Virus record (IMG/VR): IMGVR_UViG_3300044691_000368
Coordinates: 1 to 59,491 of that record
Origin: a virus
Taxonomy: Duplodnaviria; Caudoviricetes
Reading direction: 5' to 3' (one strand)
Length of the DNA: 59,491 nt
Numbering within the stretch: position 1 is the stretch's first letter; every line of letters begins with the position of its first letter. Both the position numbers and the translations under genes were made by a program. Below are positions 28,464 through 37,400 of this stretch, one piece after another. The notes below the pieces were generated by a model. That model was not told the DNA's origin and made no database searches. It saw only the letters and a list, made by a program, of their open reading frames with translations.

Positions 28464-28579
28464 AGGTACGCCGCCTCTACGAGTCCGATTGCAAGCACGA
28501 TTATGGTGCCAAGAAAGAGACAGCCAACGATGATGGCTAGCGCCTCCAAGATGTCCGTAGGCCTATTCCACTTGCTCAT
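28460..28579 (-). CDS. 39-aa single-TM peptide
   Basis: MSKWNRPTDILEALAIIVGCLFLGTIIVLAIGLVEAAYL; ATGA overlaps at both ends. Confidence 0.55.
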   Translation of the reverse strand: MSKWNRPTDILEALAIIVGCLFLGTIIVLAIGLVEAAYL

Positions 28580-29292
28580 AGCGGCTGCACCTCAAGCGGT
28601 CCAGCCCAGCGGAACGAGGAATTTGCCGGAAAGATATCGCCTACTACCATATGTTTGTAGTGGTCTTCGAGCGTGTTGTTCGGGTCTATTTTGTTGTACC
28701 AGTGGTATTTGCGCACGCGGTCCTCTTTGTACAGGTAGCCGTAATGCAGGAGTCGCACTGGCAAGGGCTTGATCTGGTCGAGTAACTGAGCAGGTGCCGA
28801 TGAGCAATGAAAGTTTCCGCCGTTCGCCGTGCGCATGAAAGTCAAGTTGCGTGCGGTGAGTTGAAAGATCGACGGCCGCCGGAACTCTTTGTACCAGCGG
28901 TCCACTCTGATTTGGTCCTCTTTATCCCAGAGGTAGACGATGTGCATTGAACCGCACACGATGCCATCCGCTATGGCCTTTTGGAGCGCGGGGACATCGC
29001 GCGAGTCAAGCTCCTCATCTCCGTCCAGGCATAGAACGTGATCACCTACCTGCGCGCCAGCGGCCCAGACCTGCTGTAGCAGCCAGTCTTTGTCTTGCCC
29101 CTCATGAATGAACCCGCGCGCGGAGAATGGCGTCGGCAGAACTGTCGCGCCGTGCGCCGCCGCGACCTCTCGCGTGTCGTCCGTGGAATCGTCGTCCATC
29201 ACCAGAATCTGAGAGCACACAGGCTTGAGCGAGTCGATCACACGCCCGATCCAGCGGCCCTCATTCTTCACGCGCAACATTCCGTAGGTCAT
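28576..29292 (-). CDS. Glycosyltransferase, GT2/GT-A fold (no. 4)
   Basis: RVKNEGRWI, VMDDDSTDDT, LCLDGDE, LLHYGY. Confidence 0.9.
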   Translation of the reverse strand: MTYGMLRVKNEGRWIGRVIDSLKPVCSQILVMDDDSTDDTREVAAAHGATVLPTPFSARGFIHEGQDKDWLLQQVWAAGAQVGDHVLCLDGDEELDSRDVPALQKAIADGIVCGSMHIVYLWDKEDQIRVDRWYKEFRRPSIFQLTARNLTFMRTANGGNFHCSSAPAQLLDQIKPLPVRLLHYGYLYKEDRVRKYHWYNKIDPNNTLEDHYKHMVVGDIFPANSSFRWAGPLEVQPL

Positions 29293-29846
29293 CAGTTGTG
29301 CATCCAGAGATACCCTGGCGCTTTGGTATGGGTGGCGCCGGTTTTGATGAGAGCTTCGATGAGCCATGCGTCGGCAGCGCGGTCCAAGCCTGCAGGACCG
29401 GCAAAGCCTGTAAACTTCTCGCGCTTGAGCAGGAATCCGCCCTTGTCGATTTGTCCACTGACGGGGGCTACATCCATCGGCGCGTAATGAATGCCGTGTC
29501 CGTCGTAGATGCAGTCGCAATAAATCAGATCAGCGTCCCAGCCTGCGAGCATCGTCTGTAAAAAGCGCGGTCCATAATATCCGTCGTCACTCGGGAAGCT
29601 CAGATATTCGCCGGTCGCCATGCTCGCGCCATAGTTCGCAGACAGGTAGCAGTCTGGCAATCTGGTATTGAAGTAACAGAAACGCGGGTCGTTCATCTCC
29701 TGCACGATGGCCTGGTTATGGAAATCCGTGGAGTTATCCGTCACCAGCACCTCGAAATCTGGCTCGCTCTGAACTTGCAGGGACCGCAACAGGCAGGCTA
29801 GATGCAGAGGCCGGTCAAATGCGGAGACGACAAAGGAGCACTTCAC
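29292..29846 (-). CDS. Glycosyltransferase, GT2/GT-A fold (no. 3)
   Basis: SFVVSAFDRP, EVLVTDNSTD, ANYGASMATGEYLSFPSDD. Confidence 0.9.
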   Translation of the reverse strand: MKCSFVVSAFDRPLHLACLLRSLQVQSEPDFEVLVTDNSTDFHNQAIVQEMNDPRFCYFNTRLPDCYLSANYGASMATGEYLSFPSDDGYYGPRFLQTMLAGWDADLIYCDCIYDGHGIHYAPMDVAPVSGQIDKGGFLLKREKFTGFAGPAGLDRAADAWLIEALIKTGATHTKAPGYLWMHN

Positions 29847-30505
29847 GCGCTCATGCCCCACTTCTGGCAAAAGAGGCTCCAATTGCGCGCATAAGAGCGG
29901 GAAGCGGTTGGCTCACCACGGAAAGTGCTCTTGAGTTGCGAGTGGTCTACGAAGCAATGATCATAGACGCCGCATTTGAGACCCATGCGCCTAACAGCTT
30001 CGCAGTAGTCCCGGTCCTCCACTCCGTAGTCGAGGCAGTAACGTTCGTCGAGCAGGCCGACCGCGTTGATGGTGCGGCGCGGAATCAGTACGCAGACGAA
30101 AGCGAAGTGCTCAACCTCGCGCAATCCGATGCCTTGGGGCTGCTGCAAGGGTTGGCCGGTTACGTTCGTTACAGCTCCGATGATGCCGAACTCGGGATGC
30201 TCTTGCGCCTGCCTCTGCATGGCAGTGAATCCGTCTGGAGTCCGCAACAGCGCGTCATCGTTGAGCAGGATTACGTCGTTGTCCCCGGCGCAGGCCATGC
30301 CAATGTTGCAATTGCGGGCATAGATGAAGGGCGTCTCGACCTCGCGCACGCGGTAGTCAGGCGTCGGTGGTAGCCATTCGTTGCCGTTGCTGCGGTCCCA
30401 TGCCACAATCGTGTCAACGCTCTCTTCATGGCGTGCGACGGCTTCGGCGCATGGCGTCAGATTCGAGAGTGTGCGGCTGGGGATGATGACAGATAGATTA
30501 TTCAT
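29843..30505 (-). CDS. Glycosyltransferase, GT2/GT-A fold (no. 2)
   Basis: LSVIIPS, YARNCNIG, ILLNDD, VGLLDERY, EDRDYC. Confidence 0.9.
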   Translation of the reverse strand: MNNLSVIIPSRTLSNLTPCAEAVARHEESVDTIVAWDRSNGNEWLPPTPDYRVREVETPFIYARNCNIGMACAGDNDVILLNDDALLRTPDGFTAMQRQAQEHPEFGIIGAVTNVTGQPLQQPQGIGLREVEHFAFVCVLIPRRTINAVGLLDERYCLDYGVEDRDYCEAVRRMGLKCGVYDHCFVDHSQLKSTFRGEPTASRSYARNWSLFCQKWGMSA

Positions 30506-31097
30506 TCAATGGTTTCCAGTTGTCGCCCATGCAGCGCGGGCTTGTGTTGCCGGGGTGAATCGTTGCGTGCATCAACTCGCCTGCATCGACGCTGACGAGC
30601 TGCTGGGCTGCGCTTGCAGCCGCGACGAAGATGTTGTCCTCGCCGATGTTCTTTGCTTCGAACTGATGCGACTGCCACCACTCCCGCCGATAGCAGAGCG
30701 AGGTGCCGAGCGCGTAGTTCCTTGTGCCTTCGTACTTCCACCACGTTTTGCCATCCGTGAACCGCATCGAATGGAAGCCGACGACAGAACGCTTGCTCTC
30801 GTTGAGCATGTCGACCTGACACGCGAGGCGCCCTGGGCCGCTCCAGTCGTCGTCGTCCCAATGGCAGACGACCTCGCCGATAGCCTGAGTGCAGCCAAAG
30901 TTGCGCTTCTCTCCAATGTTGCGCTGCTCGGCCAGGTGGATGATGCGGATTCGCTCATCGGCCGGAACGAGATCCTTGACGTCCTCCCCGTCTGCGAGAA
31001 TCAGGAGTTCCGCCCGGGGGTACGTCTGTTGCTGGAAGCACCGGATAGATTCTGGTAACCACTTTCTCCTGTTCCGTGTGAGACACAAGCACGTCAC
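30498..31097 (-). CDS. Glycosyltransferase, GT2/GT-A fold (no. 1)
   Basis: CFQQQTYP, ELLILADG, IGEKRNFG, HWDDDDW, GEDNIF; no good RBS at GTG 31097. Confidence 0.85.
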   Translation of the reverse strand: MTCLCLTRNRRKWLPESIRCFQQQTYPRAELLILADGEDVKDLVPADERIRIIHLAEQRNIGEKRNFGCTQAIGEVVCHWDDDDWSGPGRLACQVDMLNESKRSVVGFHSMRFTDGKTWWKYEGTRNYALGTSLCYRREWWQSHQFEAKNIGEDNIFVAAASAAQQLVSVDAGELMHATIHPGNTSPRCMGDNWKPLNE

Positions 31098-31293
31098 GAA
31101 ACGGTTGCCGCGCGCTCACCTCGGGAGCTTCCGGGACGATGATCTTGGTTTGATATTCAATGCGTGGCGGCAAGGCGCGCACCATCCCTTTTTCACGCAA
31201 TGCTTCGACGATGTCATCAGGGCACTCAAACTCCTGATTCTGAGCCACAGTCCCGTACTCGCCAATCAGTTGGCGGTTTGCGATTACTCTCAT
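30955..31293 (-). CDS. Small capsid-adjacent protein, overlapping GT no. 1 by 143 nt
   Basis: MRVIANRQLIGEYGTV...GMVR resembles small head-associated proteins encoded after HK97-type capsid genes; ATGA coupling. Confidence 0.6.
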   Translation of the reverse strand: MRVIANRQLIGEYGTVAQNQEFECPDDIVEALREKGMVRALPPRIEYQTKIIVPEAPEVSARQPFRDVLVSHTEQEKVVTRIYPVLPATDVPPGGTPDSRRRGGRQGSRSGR

Positions 31294-31466
31294 GCGACGA
31301 CTTCTCGGATGAGCATCCCGGGAGCATGAATCAATACGGCGACGGTGCACGCGGATATGTCGTCTTTTTTTCTGAACCTCGTTCGACCATCCTCGGTGAG
31401 CATCTCATCTGCTTCGATAATTAACGGATTGCTAAGCGAATCGCGGAATACTTGAAATTTTGCCAT
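31290..31466 (-). CDS. 58-aa hypothetical protein
   Basis: Hand translation MAKFQVFRDSL...EVVA; GGAAGG RBS. Confidence 0.5.
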   Translation of the reverse strand: MAKFQVFRDSLSNPLIIEADEMLTEDGRTRFRKKDDISACTVAVLIHAPGMLIREVVA

Positions 31467-31492
31467 GCGAATAACCTTCCTGTCAGCGATTA

Positions 31493-31528
31493 GAAAAGAG
31501 AGGGCACCGCCTATTGCAGCGGTGCCCT
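31493..31528 (-). terminator. Intrinsic terminator after the major capsid gene
   Basis: 10-bp stem AGGGCACCGC/GCGGTGCCCT followed by CTCTTTTCT on the minus strand. Confidence 0.75.
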
Positions 31529-31553
31529 GGAGGCAACTAAGGCAACTTGTGGA

Positions 31554-32777
31554 TTAGGAGAAGGTTCCCGTGATGAAGGCTTCTGCCCGGCGGACTGCCA
31601 TGCCGATACGCTCTTCACACAGAATCGTCGCCAGGTTGGAGGTGAAGTTCGAGGCATGCTCCCATGAGATTTCGATCATGGCTTCCATGCGATCGATCAA
31701 CTCTGCGCCGACGCCGAAGGAGCCGACAAGGAACGTTCCGGAGGTGATCGAATCGCTCTCGACCACCGGCAGGCCCCAGAGCAGCTTGACCACTGGACCA
31801 GTCCGAGGATCGCCGATGATGTAGACGCCTTTATTCGCGCCTCCCTCTTCGGTCTTGATCAGCTCGATCTTCTCCATGTCCACCGGATTGAGAACAAAGC
31901 CGTCCGGCGCGAAGGTGCCCAACCCGGCCAGGCGCGCCTGCAGTTTCGCATGGCGCAACTGATCGAGACGCTGATCACTCGCGACGTTCGCCCCGGTGTT
32001 GTAGGCAGTGGCTTGATGAAGCAGCCCATTGAGATGCTGCCCGGTTCCATCACCGGAGAGAATCTCGCCCTCTTCCTTGAGTTTCAAGCCATACATCAGC
32101 TCACCGTTGATCGTGCCCTGCATCCATGGAATGTCGTCCAGGGCCTGCCGGGATGCGTTCACGAAGTGAGCAATGGTCTTGACAGTGTCGCTTGCCGAGG
32201 TCCACGTGTAGGTTGACTCGCCCTTGAGCGTTCCTTCCACCTGGGGCGAGGCGTTGTTGGTTCGCCCATTCTGCTTCACGTAGTCGAACGAGTTGCCGGT
32301 GGTCATCGTCCGGACAGTCATCAGATCGCGGATGCGAAGTTCCTGCATCGGCAAACCGGTGATGCCGGGAAGGCGGAAAGGCATTTGCACGCCGGTCGTG
32401 CCAGTCCCCACGCCTACAGTGGTGATGACCGACTTGCGCGAGAATAGCTGAGGAATCGCGACGCGAACCCGGCCATCCTTGCCACGCAGACTGAGGAATC
32501 CGTTGCTCTTCTGAGCCTTGATCTCGTCCGACTCAACGAATACTTCACCGACGCTCTTCTCCTGGTGACCTTCGCCAGTGAATCGAGCCTCGTTCAGCTT
32601 CAGGTCGATGGCGTCGGCCTGCTTCTGGATCTCGTCAATCTTTCCCTTGATGCCTTCGAGCGCGGTCTTTGTTTCGGTTGTAGACGTGCCGAGCGTCTTG
32701 AACTCCTCATCGGCCCGAGCGATGAACTTCTTCTGCTCGGTAACTAGTTCTGCTAGCTGGATTTCTTGGGTTTCCAT
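31554..32777 (-). CDS. Major capsid protein, HK97 family
   Basis: Coiled delta domain, LRIRDLM, VKTIAHFV, ILSGDGTG, LWGLPVVES, LCEERIGMAVRR. Confidence 0.97.
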   Translation of the reverse strand: METQEIQLAELVTEQKKFIARADEEFKTLGTSTTETKTALEGIKGKIDEIQKQADAIDLKLNEARFTGEGHQEKSVGEVFVESDEIKAQKSNGFLSLRGKDGRVRVAIPQLFSRKSVITTVGVGTGTTGVQMPFRLPGITGLPMQELRIRDLMTVRTMTTGNSFDYVKQNGRTNNASPQVEGTLKGESTYTWTSASDTVKTIAHFVNASRQALDDIPWMQGTINGELMYGLKLKEEGEILSGDGTGQHLNGLLHQATAYNTGANVASDQRLDQLRHAKLQARLAGLGTFAPDGFVLNPVDMEKIELIKTEEGGANKGVYIIGDPRTGPVVKLLWGLPVVESDSITSGTFLVGSFGVGAELIDRMEAMIEISWEHASNFTSNLATILCEERIGMAVRRAEAFITGTFS

Positions 32778-33739
32778 TGGAAACTCTCCTTCAAAACTGA
32801 TTTGATCGCCGAGTGGTCTTTATCCGGCTCGGGAATTGTCTCGGCGGCTTTCGCTTCTGCAGTGGCGGCGGCGGACTTGTCTAAATCGTCCTCCTCGTCG
32901 GCTGTGTCGTCGAAAAGTGCTCCGAAAATGTCGTCGAGGCTTTTCACGTGATCGTGAGCCTCTTTCAATGTCTTCATATTGGCGGCGCTGAATTCGCGGC
33001 CTGACTTCTTCTCGATCTCCTCACGCGACATGGTCTCCATGTCGCCATACTGTTCGGTGAGATAATCGATGTAGAGCGGGAGGAAGGCTAGATATGCTTC
33101 AGTGAATTGCTGCAAGGTTGTCTCGGCTGCGCTCACCTTCTGGTCTTTGCTCATGCCGCTCTGCCACGGCAAGGAACAGGTTGCATAGCGCAGCGCGCAG
33201 AAGAGTTGATCTCCAGTGTCACGAAGTTGAATCTCCGCAAGCTCCGTATTGAAATCATCCTTCTTCTCTCGGAGCGCTTTGATCGCCGTCACCATCGCCA
33301 GTTGGTTCATCGGAAAAGTTACAACGCTGCCTTCCCATAGGCGAATCTCTTTCAGTTTGCGAACGCCGGCCTCAGTGTCTTTCTTGATGGTGTCGTAACC
33401 AATAGATAGACCTTTAATTATTTGGCTCTTGAGTAGCAGATACGCCTTTTGCGCCATCGGCAGATCCATAAGCAATTGACCTTTGACGAGCAGGGCGTCA
33501 GGGCTGTCGGTGACGGTAAGCTTGCCTATCGGCTCGTGGGTGTCGTGCTGCCAGAGTAGTGGAACCTCGGAGCCGTGCTCCTGAATCGTCTTCGTGAACG
33601 CGCCGGGCAGGATAGAGTCGCCGCCGAGGTCGACGTTGTTATAGACCGCGAGGATGCCCTCGAATGACCCGTCTGGCGCAATTTCCTTTACCTGAAGATT
33701 GAAGCGCTGCTTTGCCGCGTTCTTGTTGTTGATTGGCAT
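32753..33739 (-). CDS. Prohead protease, HK97 family
   Basis: DLGGDSILPGAF, LLWQHD, GLSIGY, LWEGSVVTFPMN. Confidence 0.95.
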   Translation of the reverse strand: MPINNKNAAKQRFNLQVKEIAPDGSFEGILAVYNNVDLGGDSILPGAFTKTIQEHGSEVPLLWQHDTHEPIGKLTVTDSPDALLVKGQLLMDLPMAQKAYLLLKSQIIKGLSIGYDTIKKDTEAGVRKLKEIRLWEGSVVTFPMNQLAMVTAIKALREKKDDFNTELAEIQLRDTGDQLFCALRYATCSLPWQSGMSKDQKVSAAETTLQQFTEAYLAFLPLYIDYLTEQYGDMETMSREEIEKKSGREFSAANMKTLKEAHDHVKSLDDIFGALFDDTADEEDDLDKSAAATAEAKAAETIPEPDKDHSAIKSVLKESFQWKPKKSS

Positions 33740-33752
33740 GGTTTCCTTTCGG

Positions 33753-35120
33753 TTACTCGCTGATGCGCACGAGCGAAGGCGACTCAGTTATGGGCGCCTT
33801 CCCATCAGTCGGAAGTGACTGCATGTTGAGTTGAATATGCTTGCCGTCGCCGCCAGGGAACGGGTTCATGTCCTCTTGATCGCGGACTTCGTTCTGGGAC
33901 CAGACGCCGTTCTGCAGGCCGATAGCATTGCCCTGCATGCGGGTCAGGAAATCGCCCTTGAGCAAGTCTGTTACGTTGTGCCTGAAGTAATACCCTTGTT
34001 CCTTCTCGTCGGGAGTGAGCACGCAACGCCAAAGGTCTTGCTCCCAGCGCGTGAACCAGGGCTGCATCGTCACCTTGACGAATTCCAGAGCGAGTTGCTC
34101 GATGTTTGAAAAAGTGGCTCGACTCAGATCTCCCACGAGATGCGGAGACATCAAGAACCAGCGACAGATTTCGTGGATATCAAAGAGCCGCGTCTCGATC
34201 ATTTGCTGATCGATGGCGCTTAGGCCGGTCTGCTGATACTCCCCTCCCATGCCCTCGAGGATGGGGACCTTGTGCGGCTCAGCATAGGTCGTTTCCCAAT
34301 CAGATCGGAACTTGTCGAACGCGGCATTATTTTCAAACTTCTTATCGAACTTCAGTATGTACGGAACCCGGCCACCATTTGCATAGAAGCGCGCGACGTT
34401 CCGTTCGACCGCAATCGAGGTGCCGATGCTCTGCCGGGCCATCGTAATGACCGAATAGCCGCGGAGGCCGTCCCATCCCAGACCCCGAAGATGGAAGATG
34501 TCGTGAGGCTTGCCGGGCTGCACCGTGAACGTCGTCTCATTGGCAACGCCAGGCCCATCCTTGACGACATACACGAGGCGCTTCTTGCCGGTCTTCTCGC
34601 GATCGATCTTTACGTGGGCAGGATCGAGCGCATGTAACTGCAGGGCGGTCCCATTGCTCCGGCGGACGATCAGCGCAAAACCGTTACCATGGAGAGCACA
34701 GTGGCTGGTCCGCGTCTCCTGAAAACTCATGGCTGACATTTCTTCGTTAGGCGCGTGCCGGAGCGCGTTGAACATCGGCTTATCGTCAGCAAGCCTCTTC
34801 GCACCATTCTTTCGCTGAAGCATCACCAGCGGCGTAGAGCCTTGCGTCTCACTGATCAGCCGATTGCAGGCCCACACTACCGAATGATTGAGCGCACTCT
34901 CAAGCGATACCGATTCACCGGACCAAGCGGGCGCTCCACGCGCCCATGCTGCATAAATGTTCCGAAACCCGTTTTGGGCATACCAGCCGGCATTGATCGC
35001 GTCGAGCGGTATTTCCATTGCCTTCTGCTCACCGATTTGGAGAGAGAGAGTCTCGTCTCCCATGCCCCCCTTGACCGCTTTATATGCTCCCTTGACCGCA
35101 TCTACGATTGCTGGAAACAT
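33753..35120 (-). CDS. Portal protein, HK97 family
   Basis: VWACNRLISE, PNEEMS, HGNGFA, IFHLRG, ATFSNIEQ, NEVRDQED. Confidence 0.97.
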   Translation of the reverse strand: MFPAIVDAVKGAYKAVKGGMGDETLSLQIGEQKAMEIPLDAINAGWYAQNGFRNIYAAWARGAPAWSGESVSLESALNHSVVWACNRLISETQGSTPLVMLQRKNGAKRLADDKPMFNALRHAPNEEMSAMSFQETRTSHCALHGNGFALIVRRSNGTALQLHALDPAHVKIDREKTGKKRLVYVVKDGPGVANETTFTVQPGKPHDIFHLRGLGWDGLRGYSVITMARQSIGTSIAVERNVARFYANGGRVPYILKFDKKFENNAAFDKFRSDWETTYAEPHKVPILEGMGGEYQQTGLSAIDQQMIETRLFDIHEICRWFLMSPHLVGDLSRATFSNIEQLALEFVKVTMQPWFTRWEQDLWRCVLTPDEKEQGYYFRHNVTDLLKGDFLTRMQGNAIGLQNGVWSQNEVRDQEDMNPFPGGDGKHIQLNMQSLPTDGKAPITESPSLVRISE

Positions 35121-36812
35121 TTAATTGAGGCTCCGCAGTCCGGTGTAGCTGATAGTGTTCGATTCGGCCACCAATGCAGGTGCGAGCAGGGTCACAGTCG
35201 CCGCCAATCCGTCGATACGCTTCGACGACTTCAATCTTTCTGGTTTCGTGGGCTGGCAGTTGTCTTTGCGGTCGTACTGAAGTTGCATACAGGCCGCGTT
35301 CCAGTTGTAAACAGGGTTGTTGCCATGGCGAATCTTCTGGTCGAGATAGGAGCTGAGGATGAACTTGGTCGGGTAGCTCAACTGCATGAAGTTCTGCTGC
35401 ACCTCGATGGCGTTGATTCCCTCGTCGTTTAGCTCCATGGCCTCAGTGCGGAAGTTGCAGCGGTCGAAGGCTAGGTCTTGCAAATCAAACATTCTCTTAC
35501 CCCAGCGAATCTTTTCTTTCACTTCCCGCAGATCGATCGCGTTGCCAGGGGTCGCTATCACGAAGCCCTTCTCCACCCAATCGGCAAACGGAAGCCGACA
35601 GATGCGCTCAAGCTCCGGCACTCTCTCCTCCGGCACAAAGAAGAATGGCAGGAAGGTCCATACGCCGTTTCCGCCGAACGGCTCAAAACCAAATACAACC
35701 GCGGTAAAGTCTGTGGTCCAGGAAGCGTCGACGCCCACATGGCACTTCCTGTCGATCAGTCCCCATTTGCGAATCAGCAACTCGACATCGTATTCCGGCC
35801 AGGTCCGAAGATCCACTTCGCCACCGCACGCCTGCCACTTCGCCATATCGATGATCGGCTCTTGCTGGCTGGCAATCGGAACGTTGAGGTGGTAGCGCAG
35901 AAACTTGGACTTGTTCGCCGGCTGTGCGATCGCCTTGTCGAGCTCGACCACGATTGCGGCATCTTTCAGAAACCCGCCCAGGTCCTCGTGGCTTGGGTTC
36001 GCCAGGACGCGGGCCTCGCGCGATTTCCAGTATTCTGGGTCGCTCTTGATCTTCGCCTTGTCGGCTTCCCAGATGGCTGGATAGAATTGTGGGGATTGGA
36101 CTGACCCCTCGAGGACCTTTACTGCAAACTCATACTCCCCGAACCACAGCGGCGATTCGTACTCGGCGCCGGCAGTCGTGATTGCTATGTCCAATGGCTC
36201 GTCGCGGCTGATCTGCCCCTTGGTGGTGACGTCGTAGAGGGTTTCCGCTTTCGCATTCTTCCAGCGGTGCATCTCGTCCCTGATGTTCAAGCTCGGCCGG
36301 ATGCCGTCCTGCACGTCGCCGTCTGCAGAGAGCACCTGGTAGGTCCCCCCGCCGTCGCGACGGATGATTCGCTTAGTGCTCGGCAGGACCTTCAGCCTGC
36401 TGCGGAGGTCTGGGTTCGCATTCACCAGCATGGCGGCAGCCTTGAACACGATGCCGGCTTGCTCCTTCGCCGCCGCCGAACCGTAAGCCTCCGGGTTTAG
36501 CTCGTCCTCCATGAGGATGTGGTAGAGCGGAAGCCCGGCAGTGATGAACGACTTGCCGTTTTGCTTGGCCGTCGAAATGTAGGCACGCCTGAACTGGCGC
36601 TGTCCGTTCGCCGGTTGCACCTTACCGAACAGGTTCCTGAGGACCTTGCGGTGCCAGCCCATCAGGGAAAGATTTAGCGGCGGATACAGCACCCGCTCAT
36701 AGAACGCCTCGACCTTGCACCCGCGGCACTGTGGTTTCCCGTTCGACCTCGTCTCGCACCACGTATCCGCATTGCAATAAGCGCAGGTATCGGGACGGTA
36801 GTTGCTACCCAC
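35121..36812 (-). CDS. terL: Terminase large subunit
   Basis: AKQNGKS (Walker A), IRDEMH (Walker B), ITTAG, GVDASWTTDFTA, RIDGLAA. Confidence 0.97.
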   Translation of the reverse strand: MGSNYRPDTCAYCNADTWCETRSNGKPQCRGCKVEAFYERVLYPPLNLSLMGWHRKVLRNLFGKVQPANGQRQFRRAYISTAKQNGKSFITAGLPLYHILMEDELNPEAYGSAAAKEQAGIVFKAAAMLVNANPDLRSRLKVLPSTKRIIRRDGGGTYQVLSADGDVQDGIRPSLNIRDEMHRWKNAKAETLYDVTTKGQISRDEPLDIAITTAGAEYESPLWFGEYEFAVKVLEGSVQSPQFYPAIWEADKAKIKSDPEYWKSREARVLANPSHEDLGGFLKDAAIVVELDKAIAQPANKSKFLRYHLNVPIASQQEPIIDMAKWQACGGEVDLRTWPEYDVELLIRKWGLIDRKCHVGVDASWTTDFTAVVFGFEPFGGNGVWTFLPFFFVPEERVPELERICRLPFADWVEKGFVIATPGNAIDLREVKEKIRWGKRMFDLQDLAFDRCNFRTEAMELNDEGINAIEVQQNFMQLSYPTKFILSSYLDQKIRHGNNPVYNWNAACMQLQYDRKDNCQPTKPERLKSSKRIDGLAATVTLLAPALVAESNTISYTGLRSLN

Positions 36813-36821
36813 ATCTCACGT

Positions 36822-37310
36822 TCAGTTCGGTAGGTTTCCGCATAATGCCCGCTCTAAGGGGTCCATAGGCTTTGTTGCATGTGCCGGCATGCTCGCACCC
36901 GACGGAAGCGCATCCCCGTCCACCCGGCTGCGGCTGGATGCCGTCAGGCCCAACTCTGAGTCATACCGCTGGATTGAAACGCGATATGTTCTCGCGATGC
37001 GAATAGACGGGTTCGCAACCTTGCCGTTTCGAGTCCGCACAATCGTGCCGCGGTCCCGAATATCCTGCTCTGCCTCAAGCAGCCGCTGAAAACATAGGCA
37101 CCGGTCGGCGACGGCGACTGAGTCCGTTTCGCGAAGCCAGAAAGCGGCCGCGACGATCCGCTCCCATTCGACAAGGGCGATGCCATCCAGGGGAAACGGT
37201 GGCTCAAACGGTCCCACTGGCAGGTCCACGCCCGGCTTGAGCTTGCGCCTGCCACGGTTTCCCTCTGCGAGCTTCAGCAAAAACGGTTTGGGCTTGCGTC
37301 CAGTTCTCAT
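36822..37310 (-). CDS. terS: Terminase small subunit, P27 family
   Basis: GRKPKP...EGNRGRR, NPSIRI, ELGLTASSRSRV. Confidence 0.92.
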   Translation of the reverse strand: MRTGRKPKPFLLKLAEGNRGRRKLKPGVDLPVGPFEPPFPLDGIALVEWERIVAAAFWLRETDSVAVADRCLCFQRLLEAEQDIRDRGTIVRTRNGKVANPSIRIARTYRVSIQRYDSELGLTASSRSRVDGDALPSGASMPAHATKPMDPLERALCGNLPN

Positions 37311-37314
37311 GGCG

Positions 37315-37400
37315 GAAAATTATTCTCGTTTCGCGAAAGTTTGCGGATGACTTGGCTACGGTACGCAGGGCGTTTACGCCAGAGATTGCCATCCCCCTAC
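37315..37400 (-). other. Probable cos / packaging initiation region
   Basis: Non-coding gap between the HNH genes and terS, with a G-run and the TTTCGCGAAA palindrome, as in HK97-like cos phages. The exact cut site cannot be determined. Confidence 0.5.

Noticed and set aside
28576-31097. Serotype-conversion (gtrABC) cassette
   Set aside because: No GtrA flippase or polytopic GtrC; the enzymes look soluble and are coupled into the head operon, far from att.
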